From contig JAVJWO010000129.1 of assembly GCA_040222015.1 (NCBI GenBank), forward strand, positions 1-16,581: DNA of 16,581 bases, in the 5' to 3' direction. Position numbers and translations under genes: made by a program. The notes beneath the pieces were generated by a model, which made no database searches, was not told where the DNA came from, and was given only the letters and a program-made list of their open reading frames with translations. Positions 1 to 8,703 of this stretch are shown here, in pieces. This DNA comes from Coleofasciculus chthonoplastes F2-STO-03. Lineage in GTDB: Bacteria; Cyanobacteriota; Cyanobacteriia; Cyanobacteriales; Coleofasciculaceae. Within the stretch, counting starts at the first letter, position 1. Every line of letters begins with the position of its first letter.

Positions 1-137
1 AACCAAGCCCCATAATAATTGTAGCGCCTCAGCTATTCAAAATTGAGAAAAACATCCAGATAACGCCCAAACCTTTTGTTATATAAAGGCTTTGAATATT
101 TCAACTAACAATTTAGCATAATAAGTACTGAAGAACC
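1..137 (+). mobile_element. Probable terminal segment of an ISL3-family insertion sequence (rest outside window)
   Basis: Kinase homology stops abruptly after DFGIAREF (~139). The minus strand from 137 reads GGTTCTTCAGTACTTATTATG, matching the GGYTCT start typical of ISL3 terminal inverted repeats. The + strand reads ..SIISTEEP into the end. The other end and target-site duplication are not visible. Confidence 0.4.
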
Positions 138-661
138 AAAACTCCCGCGCAATTCCAAAATCAATCAAAACCGCTTCAAAAGTTGTCGGATTGCTCTGAC
201 GAAGCATAATATTTCTGGGCTTAACATCTCGATGTAACAATCCTTTCTCATGAACAATAGTTAACGCCTCACCAATTTGCTTAATGTACAGTAATGCATC
301 TACTTCAGATAAAAATTCATTTTTTTCTACATAAGTTTCTATGTTTTCGCCTTTAATGTATTCCATTGCCATGCAATACAGATCTTCATGATCTTGATTG
401 TGGATAAAAAAATCGTAAAACTTTACAATATGCTTATGATTTAACTTTCGTAGAATTTTGGCTTCGTCCCAAAAGTTGTCTTTCAACTTCTCCCAGTTAT
501 CATGTTGTTTATTTTTGTAATTCAAGGTCTTAATTACAGTTAAATTACCCTGTTCATCTTCTGCTAAATAGGTAATTCCAAATCCACCACCGCCGTCTGG
601 AAGTCGTTTTTTTTATAGTATATTTGCCACGGTTTAGCTTTTGTCCGTCATTGAAAATCAT
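79..661 (-). pseudogene. Ser/Thr protein kinase (Pkn2-type), frameshifted and truncated
   Basis: ATG at 661 gives MIFNDGQKLNRGKYTIKK. One extra A in an A8 run (T607-614 on +) shifts the frame. The other frame continues RLPDGGGGFGITYLAEDEQGNLTVIKTL into ORF 79..525 with HIV, MEY, HRDVKPRN and DFG motifs. There is no APE motif or C-lobe. Confidence 0.85.
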
Positions 662-726
662 GGATCTTTTGTCAAATCATTATTTAAATATTTTACAAAA
701 TCTCTATTTACTATTAGTTTACTTGG

Positions 727-1038
727 TTATTTCTTGCTGATAACCATTTTGCTGTTGTGGCAAAGATGATGGATTTTGAAAAAGTCGTCTTGAAACTGGG
801 CAATATGATCATGTTTGCATCTTTTTAACTTTTTGGCTTCGTCCCGAAACTTTGAGAGAAGTTTGTCACGCTTGACTTGACCGAGTGAGTACAGTAAATC
901 CTCGTCTAACGTTTTGATGACAACACCATCTCCATTGGAATTTCTCGCCAGATAAGTAATACCAAAACGACCTCTTCCTAAAACTTTTTGAATAGTGTAC
1001 TTGCCACTTTTAAGTTTGTCTTTTGCTTTTAAGGCCAT
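727..1038 (-). pseudogene. Ser/Thr protein kinase N-lobe fragment
   Basis: LGRGRFGITYLA glycine loop, VVIKTL catalytic Lys, FRDEA helix-C Glu and CKHDHI, then divergence and a stop at 103 aa. No HRD or DFG. GGGGAG SD upstream of the ATG; only 43 bp after the tubulin-like gene stop. Confidence 0.8.
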
Positions 1039-1081
1039 GGTTACTCCCCAATATTTAATTAAAGTTAATCAGCCCAATCAT

Positions 1082-4000
1082 TCAATTCAATTTAACCAAT
1101 TGAGTCCCACACTTAAAACAGAACTTAGAATTGCTAGGATTCTTCGTCCCACAATTCGTACAGAAAACATGGGCTTGCGGCGTTACACTCTTCGCCTCAA
1201 TCTGAGTTGGCGCATTCCCCCCATCACTCCGAGGCTGCTGCACAACCCCTGGCGACACAGACTGACTCTCTACCTTCAATTTATACCGCTCAATCACATC
1301 CAACAAAATCCGCGCCTCTCGCTTATAATCAGGACTATCCTTTCCCCCTTGCTTATCCAACTCCAACGCCCGTTGTTCCAAATATCGCGTCAATTGCCCA
1401 AAAATGGCTTGCTTTTGTGTAGGCGTTTCCGCTGCATTCAGCTTCTGCATCACTTGACGCTGAATCTCCTCCCTATCTGGGCGACAAGCTAACACCTCCA
1501 ACACCTGAGACGCTTCTTCCCAACTCGAAGCAATATCTACCGATTCTGCACCAATTGCTGTTTGCCGAGTATAGCGAATCACAGTTTCCTTGGTGGTGCG
1601 ATTTTCCTCTTGACGCAACACCCCCAGCGCCCGGGCTTGAACCACTAAACTAAAAATAGCCGGATCTTCGGGAAACACATCCCAAAACGGCGGTTCTTTT
1701 TGCAGATGCACCGGAATGGGTAAATCGCGACTTTCTCCCCGTAACTGCGCCCGTTTCGCCACAATACTTTCCCCTTTCCAATCTTGATAGGATTGGCGTA
1801 ATTCTTTCATCCCATCAATACAACGCAGGGAAAAACCGCCTGTTTCCTGGACAAATACCAGGCGATGTCGTTCTAAATCGCCCAAGGGTTTAATCGCTTC
1901 CTCATTCCCCAGAAATTCTTCTAATTTAGGGATAATTTTCTGTGCGGCTGGATCACTGGTGTTTCGCCCACCCAATAGCGCCACATTCGTATTAGTGGCT
2001 GGCGTAAACCCGGCATCTTTCCCCGTTAATACGGAACGCGAAAGCAGAATTAACGGCTTCGACTTGTTATAAGCAATGCGTAAATTATTCACAATCTCCG
2101 CATCATCATTAAACAGCTTAAACAGGCGATCGCACGCTGCCAAGTCTTGCTGCAATTTACTACTCTGCGGCGCTTTAGCCACTACTCCCTGACTGCGGTC
2201 AACAATAATCTGCCGCAAATCCTCATCTTGCACATCCGGGATTTCAGTAATATCAAATAACCGCATCACCTCATCTGCCATCCGGGTTTCTTTCCACAAG
2301 GGACTGGCTAAATTTAGGACTTCTTCAGATAAGGTACTACAAACCCCATTCATACCCATCTCATAAGCGGTTTGACTCCCCTCAGACGCCCCTGCCAACT
2401 GCTCAATTAAATCCTGATATAATCCATTCAGTTCCTGTCGGTCATACAGTTTAATCCCATTAATCACTAACGCATCCGCACTATCCGCCTGCCGATCCGC
2501 TTGTTCCTGATACAAATCCCGTGCCTGAATCAGCTTTTGTGTCCATCGGTTGAATCGCCGCTCTAATACCGTTAAATGCTCTTGTAACCGACTAATTACC
2601 TCCAATCCGAGTCCCCGTGCCTTCCGTTGAATGGTTGCCGTTAAACAGCCTTCTAACCCAATCAACGCTGATTCACAATACTCTTCCATTTTGGCTTGTT
2701 TGGTCACACCAAACTTATCCTTAAATTCAGTAATATCTTGCAGCGCCGCTTCATATTGTCGCTGGCGTTCCGTTTCCTTCGGTGACCAAATCTTATCCTG
2801 TTCCCGGCGAAACTTGTCACTGGCATCCTCAAAAATCTGTCGCACCGTCGCTAAGAAGGCATCAGCAAATTTAGGTCCTTGACGGCGGTTCTCTAGAATC
2901 TGATAAAACTCATCTTCTAAGGCTTTTCGCCCCCGTTTAATTAATTGATCTCGGTTATCGTACATCTTTTTCAGGAAGTCCCCATGTAACCGTTCATCGG
3001 GACTTATTTCGCGAAAATGATCGGTGCGATAGTTATCAACCTTTGGCTTGAGATACCCTGAGACAAATTGCAGGATTTTACCCTTTTCTGACGCCAACAT
3101 CTTCACCCCTTGCTGGGTACATTGCAGCCAGTTATCGCTGGCGATTTCATTCCGAATTTCATTTACCCATTCAGAAATTACCGCTAAATAAGACCGATCA
3201 GCCGCCGCTGATAAATCAGCTATAAGTTCCGCCTCCGTTAACCGCATCCGCTTCAGGATATCCCCTCGCACCAATTCCAATAATTGCGGCGGTAATTGCA
3301 CCGATTCATTCAACCACCACCCGATTAAATCTTTTGCCAAACGATTAGATAAGGATGTTCTAATTTGAGCGATAGGAATTTCTATCGTAGACAAACCAAA
3401 ACTCATAAAGTTCTTGGGATACCCTCGTCCCCCCGGATCAGCCTGCGCCCAAGCCCCCTTAATATTGTCCCGAATTGAACGTTTATGGGGGGCAAAATCT
3501 GAGGTTAAATCCAGGAAAATGTTCTGAGCAATCATTTCCCGCAGTTGATCCAGTTTAAAGTCACTTTCGCCGTTTTTAGTACCGACTAAATAGGTAAAAT
3601 CAAAGGGAGGGCGTTTGCTGCGGACTTCATCGGTTAAACTATTACTAAACTGGGCAACATATTCGGTGCGGTAATCAGAGAAATAGCTCAACTCCATTAA
3701 AGCCGCATAGCCATTTGCCAAAACGCGATCGCCCACACTAATTCCGACAAAGGCATTCGGCATCGGGACAATGGCGGTAATTAGGGGACTGCCTTCTCCC
3801 TGTAACCACTTGCGAATACTATAGCCCATATCGATGAGCATTCCACTGCCCGTTCCGCCGGATAAAGACCCCGTGATGAAGACGTTAATCGCATTGGTAC
3901 TCACTTTAATGCCATAGCGATCTAACATAAAATTTTCCCGCCCTTTCACCCGTTGACAGGCGGCGAGAAATTTATCTCGAATCTCGTGATAGTTACACCA

Positions 4001-4381
4001 TAAAGCAAATCGCCCACAAGCCCGAATTTGTCCCGCACCGGCTTCTAATGAGGTGATGTTGCGTTCTAATTCTCTAGGAAACCAACGATTAATCCAGGGA
4101 TAGTTTTCCATGTTAGACACCATATCCCGGACTTGTTTACCACTGACACTTGCCCAGTGTTTTTCGTTATCTTTTAAAGGGGAACCTGCGGCGTCGGGGT
4201 TGTTGATTTTATAGTCTTTGTCGGTGTCGATAACTAGGAAGCTAAGGATGGGAAAGTTGGTTAAGTTGCCGTAAGTTTCTGCAACTAAGCGTCGGACTCG
4301 GGAGACGATTTCGGCACCGGTGCCACCAATCCCAATGAGGATGGTGGGAACCATGCTTTTTTCTTCGACTTGAGTTGCCAT
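1082..4381 (-). CDS. Tubulin/FtsZ-like GTPase (Tubulin_2 / FtsZl1-type) with long helical region and C-terminal zinc ribbon
   Basis: N-terminal IGIGGTG, IDTD, GAGQ and tubulin signature GSLSGGTGSG. Long Q/E/R/L-rich helical middle. C-terminal CTNCG..CFKCG after a P/Q/S linker. 1099 aa. Confidence 0.9.
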   Translation of the reverse strand: MATQVEEKSMVPTILIGIGGTGAEIVSRVRRLVAETYGNLTNFPILSFLVIDTDKDYKINNPDAAGSPLKDNEKHWASVSGKQVRDMVSNMENYPWINRWFPRELERNITSLEAGAGQIRACGRFALWCNYHEIRDKFLAACQRVKGRENFMLDRYGIKVSTNAINVFITGSLSGGTGSGMLIDMGYSIRKWLQGEGSPLITAIVPMPNAFVGISVGDRVLANGYAALMELSYFSDYRTEYVAQFSNSLTDEVRSKRPPFDFTYLVGTKNGESDFKLDQLREMIAQNIFLDLTSDFAPHKRSIRDNIKGAWAQADPGGRGYPKNFMSFGLSTIEIPIAQIRTSLSNRLAKDLIGWWLNESVQLPPQLLELVRGDILKRMRLTEAELIADLSAAADRSYLAVISEWVNEIRNEIASDNWLQCTQQGVKMLASEKGKILQFVSGYLKPKVDNYRTDHFREISPDERLHGDFLKKMYDNRDQLIKRGRKALEDEFYQILENRRQGPKFADAFLATVRQIFEDASDKFRREQDKIWSPKETERQRQYEAALQDITEFKDKFGVTKQAKMEEYCESALIGLEGCLTATIQRKARGLGLEVISRLQEHLTVLERRFNRWTQKLIQARDLYQEQADRQADSADALVINGIKLYDRQELNGLYQDLIEQLAGASEGSQTAYEMGMNGVCSTLSEEVLNLASPLWKETRMADEVMRLFDITEIPDVQDEDLRQIIVDRSQGVVAKAPQSSKLQQDLAACDRLFKLFNDDAEIVNNLRIAYNKSKPLILLSRSVLTGKDAGFTPATNTNVALLGGRNTSDPAAQKIIPKLEEFLGNEEAIKPLGDLERHRLVFVQETGGFSLRCIDGMKELRQSYQDWKGESIVAKRAQLRGESRDLPIPVHLQKEPPFWDVFPEDPAIFSLVVQARALGVLRQEENRTTKETVIRYTRQTAIGAESVDIASSWEEASQVLEVLACRPDREEIQRQVMQKLNAAETPTQKQAIFGQLTRYLEQRALELDKQGGKDSPDYKREARILLDVIERYKLKVESQSVSPGVVQQPRSDGGNAPTQIEAKSVTPQAHVFCTNCGTKNPSNSKFCFKCGTQLVKLN

Positions 4382-4502
4382 GGTGGTTTCTTTGGTGAAT
4401 GAACGAGAATTGTTAGGGGTTGTAGCTTTTTGTCTGAAGCCTTATGTGTCGAGTCTATAGGTAGGCATATTTTCCCATGATGAAAAGTATACCATAGAAA
4501 AA

Positions 4503-4575
4503 CACTGATTTCACGGATTTACAGCAATCATTGAGGTGGGGCTTGGGGATGTTAGTTGCACTGATTTCACAGATT
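4503..4575 (+). repeat. Short direct repeat CACTGATTTCAC(G/A)GATT x2
   Basis: 4503-4519 and 4559-4575 are 16/17 identical, in the vWA-tubulin intergenic region. Confidence 0.7.
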
Positions 4576-4632
4576 GATAGAGGTTTGAGACTCTAATGAA
4601 AAGAGGATTGGATTGAGCCAGATATGAAACAG

Positions 4633-5538
4633 TTAACAGAGTGAAATAAACGGTAATCCTTTAGCTAAGTGCCAAATAATTAAAAGGGTAGCGACTGTCC
4701 AGAAAAAGGCATTGCCCAAGGCGAGTTGACCCGCAAGATTCATGGGCAGTTTTAGCCATCCTTGGAAAATCCAGCGATCTAAGGGGAGGATGAGTAACCA
4801 CATCAGAGAAATCCAGGCGGCACCCAGCCAAAAAATGACCCAGCGTCGATTACTGTTAAAATTCCTAAAGAATTGATTGGTGAAAACGGTTTCTAAATTA
4901 GTGACTTGACCGGAGTGATAGATCCCACCTGTAGTAGCCGCCGCGTTGCGTAAATCAGGTGCTTCATCACCCACGACAACAGCGTTAATCTTCACCCGAC
5001 GGGCGGCGGCGGCTTGAATCACCTCAGCATCAACGTCGGCTTCACCATCAGTGACTAAGAGTAATTCTCGGCAATGCTCCTGAATTGGACTTAAGGCGTC
5101 TGTTCCTTCCTGAATCGCTAAATTTAAATCCGTTGTACCCGGTACAATTCGCTGAATCAGGTTGGGATTTTGCAACGCCTGGTTCAATTCAGCGCTTACC
5201 TGTTGACTATCGGTTTGAAAGGAATCGGTCAGGGGTAAAACAACTCCCGCAAAACCAAAAACCTGAATTTGATTGGGAACTCTTAACAGTTGAGCATTTT
5301 GGTCAAGATAAGACTCAACGGCGATAACTTCCTGATACATCACCGTACCCGGTTGGTTGAACTGGGAGGGTTCAGAGAAGGTGCTGCTACTTAAATCTAA
5401 CGCGATCGCGACGGCTACCGATGGTCTACCCAGTCCGAGTAAGGCAAACAACGCAGCCGCGACTAAACATATACCCAAACAGATTAGGGGGATTTGGAAT
5501 AGGGGATACAACCAAAGACGGCGACGATAACGAAGCAC
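4633..5538 (-). CDS. Membrane-anchored von Willebrand factor A (vWA) domain protein
   Basis: GTG start. N-terminal TM helix. MIDAS elements DLSSS, GTTDL and LLVTDG, plus AAATTGGIY. Two C-terminal hydrophobic helices. Confidence 0.88.
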   Translation of the reverse strand: MLRYRRRLWLYPLFQIPLICLGICLVAAALFALLGLGRPSVAVAIALDLSSSTFSEPSQFNQPGTVMYQEVIAVESYLDQNAQLLRVPNQIQVFGFAGVVLPLTDSFQTDSQQVSAELNQALQNPNLIQRIVPGTTDLNLAIQEGTDALSPIQEHCRELLLVTDGEADVDAEVIQAAAARRVKINAVVVGDEAPDLRNAAATTGGIYHSGQVTNLETVFTNQFFRNFNSNRRWVIFWLGAAWISLMWLLILPLDRWIFQGWLKLPMNLAGQLALGNAFFWTVATLLIIWHLAKGLPFISLC

Positions 5539-5658
5539 CAGAAATCCTATAGAATTTTAAATCAGTGTTTTATCCTGTATTATAAGGCTTCCCTGGTTTT
5601 GGTAATTCGCACAATTGGCTAGAAACGTGAAGCCGGAACGTCTCATTCTCCATTAAGC

Positions 5659-5724
5659 AAAGGGCGACCCGAGTCAATTGAGTGGATTGGTGATGTTCAT
5701 TTGTGCAAGCGGGTCGCCCCTACA
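5659..5724. repeat. GTAG-type REP-like hairpin, left arm of a 55-bp inverted repeat pair
   Basis: GGGCGACCCG...CGGGTCGCCCCTACA (reverse complement TGTAGGGGCGACCCG). 5659-5713 matches the reverse complement of 6211-6265 at 46/55. Confidence 0.8.
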
Positions 5725-5770
5725 GGGGAATTATAGGTGTTGATTATTTATATGGATGCGAGGTATAACC

Positions 5771-6016
5771 ATGAGCGTTACCATTCCCGATGAAATCGTT
5801 AAAGCCTCACGACTCTCAGAAGCAGAGTTGATTCAAGAAATTGTGCTGATGCTTTTCCAGCAAAAAAAAATCAGCATCGGCAAAGCCAGTCGGTTACTGG
5901 GGATGAATCTAATCCAGTTCCAGCATTTGATTGCCAGTCGGGATATCTGTGTTCACTACGATGTTGCGGATTTCAGAGAAGATCTGAAAACAATTAATGC
6001 GTTGTATCCACAATGA
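5771..6016 (+). CDS. UPF0175 family protein, putative antitoxin
   Basis: MSVTIPDEIV..ISIGKASRLLGM..F..L..R.I..HYD..DF.EDL pattern. ATG 5771 has GAGG upstream (alternative start 5756). The stop overlaps the next ATG (ATGA). Confidence 0.8.
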   Translation: MSVTIPDEIVKASRLSEAELIQEIVLMLFQQKKISIGKASRLLGMNLIQFQHLIASRDICVHYDVADFREDLKTINALYPQ

Positions 6017-6237
6017 TTGTCGTTAGCAACACTTCACCCATCAGTAACTTAGCCGCTCTGGGGAATCTCCCTCTACTGCAACAGGTTTACCACAACATCA
6101 TTATTCCCAGTGCTGTTGCCGATGAAATCGCTCCTACAAGAGGGGGAGGACAGAGGATGCTTCGCTTTTGTTGCACGGGAGAAGGGGTTGAGCTTAAGTT
6201 GACACGGATGCCCGCTTCCATAAATGAACAACTCTAG
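6013..6237 (+). pseudogene. Truncated DUF3368-like PIN-domain toxin
   Basis: MIVVSNTSPISNLA..G.L.LL..VY..IIIP.AV.DEI is the family N-terminus. Similarity is lost at about residue 39 (~6130) at a REP-like AAATCGCTCCTACA; the rest is repeat-derived sequence. Confidence 0.75.
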
Positions 6238-6265
6238 TCCACTCAATCGGATCGGGTCGCCCTTT
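6211..6265. repeat. Right arm of 55-bp inverted repeat (REP-like)
   Basis: Reverse complement AAAGGGCGACCCGATCCGATTGAGTGGACTAGAGTTGTTCATTTATGGAAGCGGG aligns ungapped to 5659-5713. Confidence 0.8.
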
Positions 6266-6364
6266 CCTCAAATCTTTGGGTTAGAATGTATTTCTCATAT
6301 TCTGGAAGCATCTAGTTATCTGTGTTGTTAGGGAATTCAGAATGACGAGAAAATTAATATTTAT

Positions 6365-8023
6365 TTACTGAACGGGATCAAACTGATACCGCGAACCCGT
6401 CGGACCTGCAGAACCAGGAACGGCTTTAACCAGAGGGATTTGATTAAACAGATTAAAGTCTTGTGCTGTCCCAGAAATCGGAATTCCTTGATTTAGCTGT
6501 TGGTAAACTCCGGTTCGACTAGGATTTTGACTCAATGCTGTAGCTAAAGCATCCGTGGCATCATAAGCTGTGGTAGTACGCCAGCTAATTCTACCTCGCC
6601 AAATCTGGGCGGCTTCTTGAGCAAAAGCGTTGTTAGGTTGCCAACTCCAGGGAACAGCCAAGACCATTCCCGCGATCGCATCACCGCCTTCAATTAAAAT
6701 GGTTGGGTTATACAGTTCATCTCCCCCAATTAAACCTAACGGGTTTTCGGCTTGAGCGGCATTAGCTTGAGCCAGTGCGATCGCGGTATCCACTTTATTT
6801 TTACTCAATGCCAGAAATGCCATTGTCGCACCCGCTTGAGTAGCACTCTGAATTTCCCCGGCTGGGTCAAAACTGGGATTGGCGGTAATATCAACCGTTT
6901 TCACCACCTTCCCTTTCCCTTGAGACAAAGCAGCCGTAAACTGAGCGTTTAGGGCTTGGCTATAGGGACTGTCGGAATTGTAGAATACCACTACTGATGC
7001 CGGAGAAGATTGTTGGGCGGCATAATTTGCCAAGGTTTCACCCACTTGTTGCAAATAGGTGGCGAGTAATTCTTGGTCTTGTTGAGTCAGAGAAATAGTT
7101 TTTAAGATAGACTGACCTGTCGCGTCAGATGTCACATTGGTACTCACCGGTGAGAGTACAGCTAACCCCGCTTTTTCATATTGTGCGATCGCTTGTCGGG
7201 TTCCTGCATCTACTCCATGTCCAATCACGCCTAAAACCGGGGGAAACTTAATTAAATCCTCTGCCAAAGAAACGGTTTTTCCCATGCCATCATCATTGAC
7301 AATTATGACCTCCAATAAGCGATTGGCTGGCGTTGGAGAGGCGTTAAATTCCGCCTGTGCAGATGCGACACCCCTCAACACTTCTTTGGCTTCATTCTCA
7401 CTTGGCGTAATCGGAACTACAACCGCGATTGTCAATGGATTACCGATTTGCCTAGCTTTGGCATTATTGAAATAGAGTTTACTTTCTGGATCATTTGGGT
7501 CAGCATTTGTCGCTTGTTGATATTGTGCGATCGCCTGATCCCAATCTTGTTGAGCAAATGCAGCCGCGCCAGCTTGTTTGGCAGATGTTGTATCCAGTAA
7601 TATCTTTTCACCCTGACTCATCAGTGACGCATTACGTGGACTGGCGGTATCACTGAGTAAAGCGGTAGAGTTCTGGGGTGAGGGTGACGTCGGCGTCGGC
7701 GTTCCATTGTCGGTGACAGGTTGCGTCTGATTTTCCCTTGTCGCCAGATACCAACTCACACCACCACCCAACAGAACTAAGAGTGCGATCGCGACTAGAA
7801 TGGGCAGGGAAAATCGTGGTATTTTAACACCCTTACTCGACATGACTGTTTTTTTCTGCATCGCCTCTCGGGGCAAGCCACAGACTGAGCAATCTGGACC
7901 ATAATTTTCTTGGGGAGCATGGGAACCTGTACCAACATAAGACTGATCATTATTTTTCGGTTCACCATCGCAGATCCATTTCCCTTGTGAACTCACCTTG
8001 CCCACTCTCCTAGCCTTAGTCAT
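6365..8023 (-). CDS. Membrane-anchored LivJ/PBP1-type ligand-binding protein with TPR-like helices and N-terminal Cys/His motif
   Basis: N-terminal WICDG..H..CSVCG. TM helix LPILVAIALLVLLGGGVSW. SQGEKIL and TPR-like DWDQAIAQYQQA..DPNDPE..YFNN. IAVVVP..E.LRGVA, GGDELY and WRTTTAYDAT are typical of cyanobacterial branched-chain-amino-acid-binding-like domains. Confidence 0.8.
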   Translation of the reverse strand: MTKARRVGKVSSQGKWICDGEPKNNDQSYVGTGSHAPQENYGPDCSVCGLPREAMQKKTVMSSKGVKIPRFSLPILVAIALLVLLGGGVSWYLATRENQTQPVTDNGTPTPTSPSPQNSTALLSDTASPRNASLMSQGEKILLDTTSAKQAGAAAFAQQDWDQAIAQYQQATNADPNDPESKLYFNNAKARQIGNPLTIAVVVPITPSENEAKEVLRGVASAQAEFNASPTPANRLLEVIIVNDDGMGKTVSLAEDLIKFPPVLGVIGHGVDAGTRQAIAQYEKAGLAVLSPVSTNVTSDATGQSILKTISLTQQDQELLATYLQQVGETLANYAAQQSSPASVVVFYNSDSPYSQALNAQFTAALSQGKGKVVKTVDITANPSFDPAGEIQSATQAGATMAFLALSKNKVDTAIALAQANAAQAENPLGLIGGDELYNPTILIEGGDAIAGMVLAVPWSWQPNNAFAQEAAQIWRGRISWRTTTAYDATDALATALSQNPSRTGVYQQLNQGIPISGTAQDFNLFNQIPLVKAVPGSAGPTGSRYQFDPVQ

Positions 8024-8073
8024 GCTTTGTCTACCATTCTAGATGCTTCAAATATCCAATTTTGACTTTTCAC

Positions 8074-8568
8074 TTAAGGCGCAGGTGGGAAATCTTGGGC
8101 TGGTATATCTTGGTAAGGAGACGGGGGTGAAGCCTCTGGAGAGTCGTGTAGCAGGTTTGAAACGAGGCTATAACTTAGATAGGCAGGAACAGCGATCGCA
8201 ACCAGTACGGCGACTAGACCCAACCCGCTTCGGGCAGTCCATGATGACCCATAATAGCAACGGTAGGGATCAAAGGGTAGCTGTTGGGGATCAATGATAT
8301 TCCGTAACGCAATCAGTCGCTTAAATCGAACGCGCCGATCATCGAGTTTTTCTAATAGAATCCAACCTGCCAGTGCTTCTTCTTCACACAATTGTTGAAA
8401 TACAGCCGGTTTATGAAATAAGTCTCGGTGCGATCGCACAATTTTGAATTCCCAGCCAACCAGTTGCGGGTCTACAGAAGGTTGTTCTGGATGGCTCATA
8501 CGGTCAATCGTGCCGTTAGCTTGTCGCTGCTGTAATAACGCTGAGTCTTCTTTTGCCTCAAAACCCAT
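8074..8568 (-). CDS. Hypothetical membrane protein
   Basis: Core WEFKIVR..EEEALAGWILLEKLDDRRVRFKR, one C-terminal TM helix and a Pro-rich tail. Start moved from 8700 to ATG 8568 because a GAGGAG SD precedes it. Confidence 0.65.
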   Translation of the reverse strand: MGFEAKEDSALLQQRQANGTIDRMSHPEQPSVDPQLVGWEFKIVRSHRDLFHKPAVFQQLCEEEALAGWILLEKLDDRRVRFKRLIALRNIIDPQQLPFDPYRCYYGSSWTARSGLGLVAVLVAIAVPAYLSYSLVSNLLHDSPEASPPSPYQDIPAQDFPPAP

Positions 8569-8703
8569 CACAATCTCCTCTTCCTCCTCCTGATAATGAT
8601 GACTCCCGATCATCTGTCGCCAGCGCAGCCATGTACTGACAACCACTGACTGCCAACCCAAATTGCCGACTAACACGCTGAAAATGGTCACTTCAAGCAT
8701 TTT

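Noticed and set aside
995..2882. + strand ORFs 995-1492, 1207-1422 and 2631-2882
   Set aside because: Antisense shadows of the tubulin-like gene with no recognisable motifs.
1082..4381. Calling the gene ftsZ
   Set aside because: About three times FtsZ length, lacks the FtsZ NTD/GAGA/NxDFAD motifs, and is not in a dcw context.
5862..5870. A9 run in the UPF0175 gene as a frameshift
   Set aside because: The reading frame is intact across it (QKKI) and family-like sequence continues.
8569..8700. N-terminal extension of ORF 8074-8700 (likewise 11053-11112 of AKR and 12483-12521 of sucD)
   Set aside because: Downstream ATGs fit better; the extensions derive from SD-like or repeat sequence, or lack family similarity.
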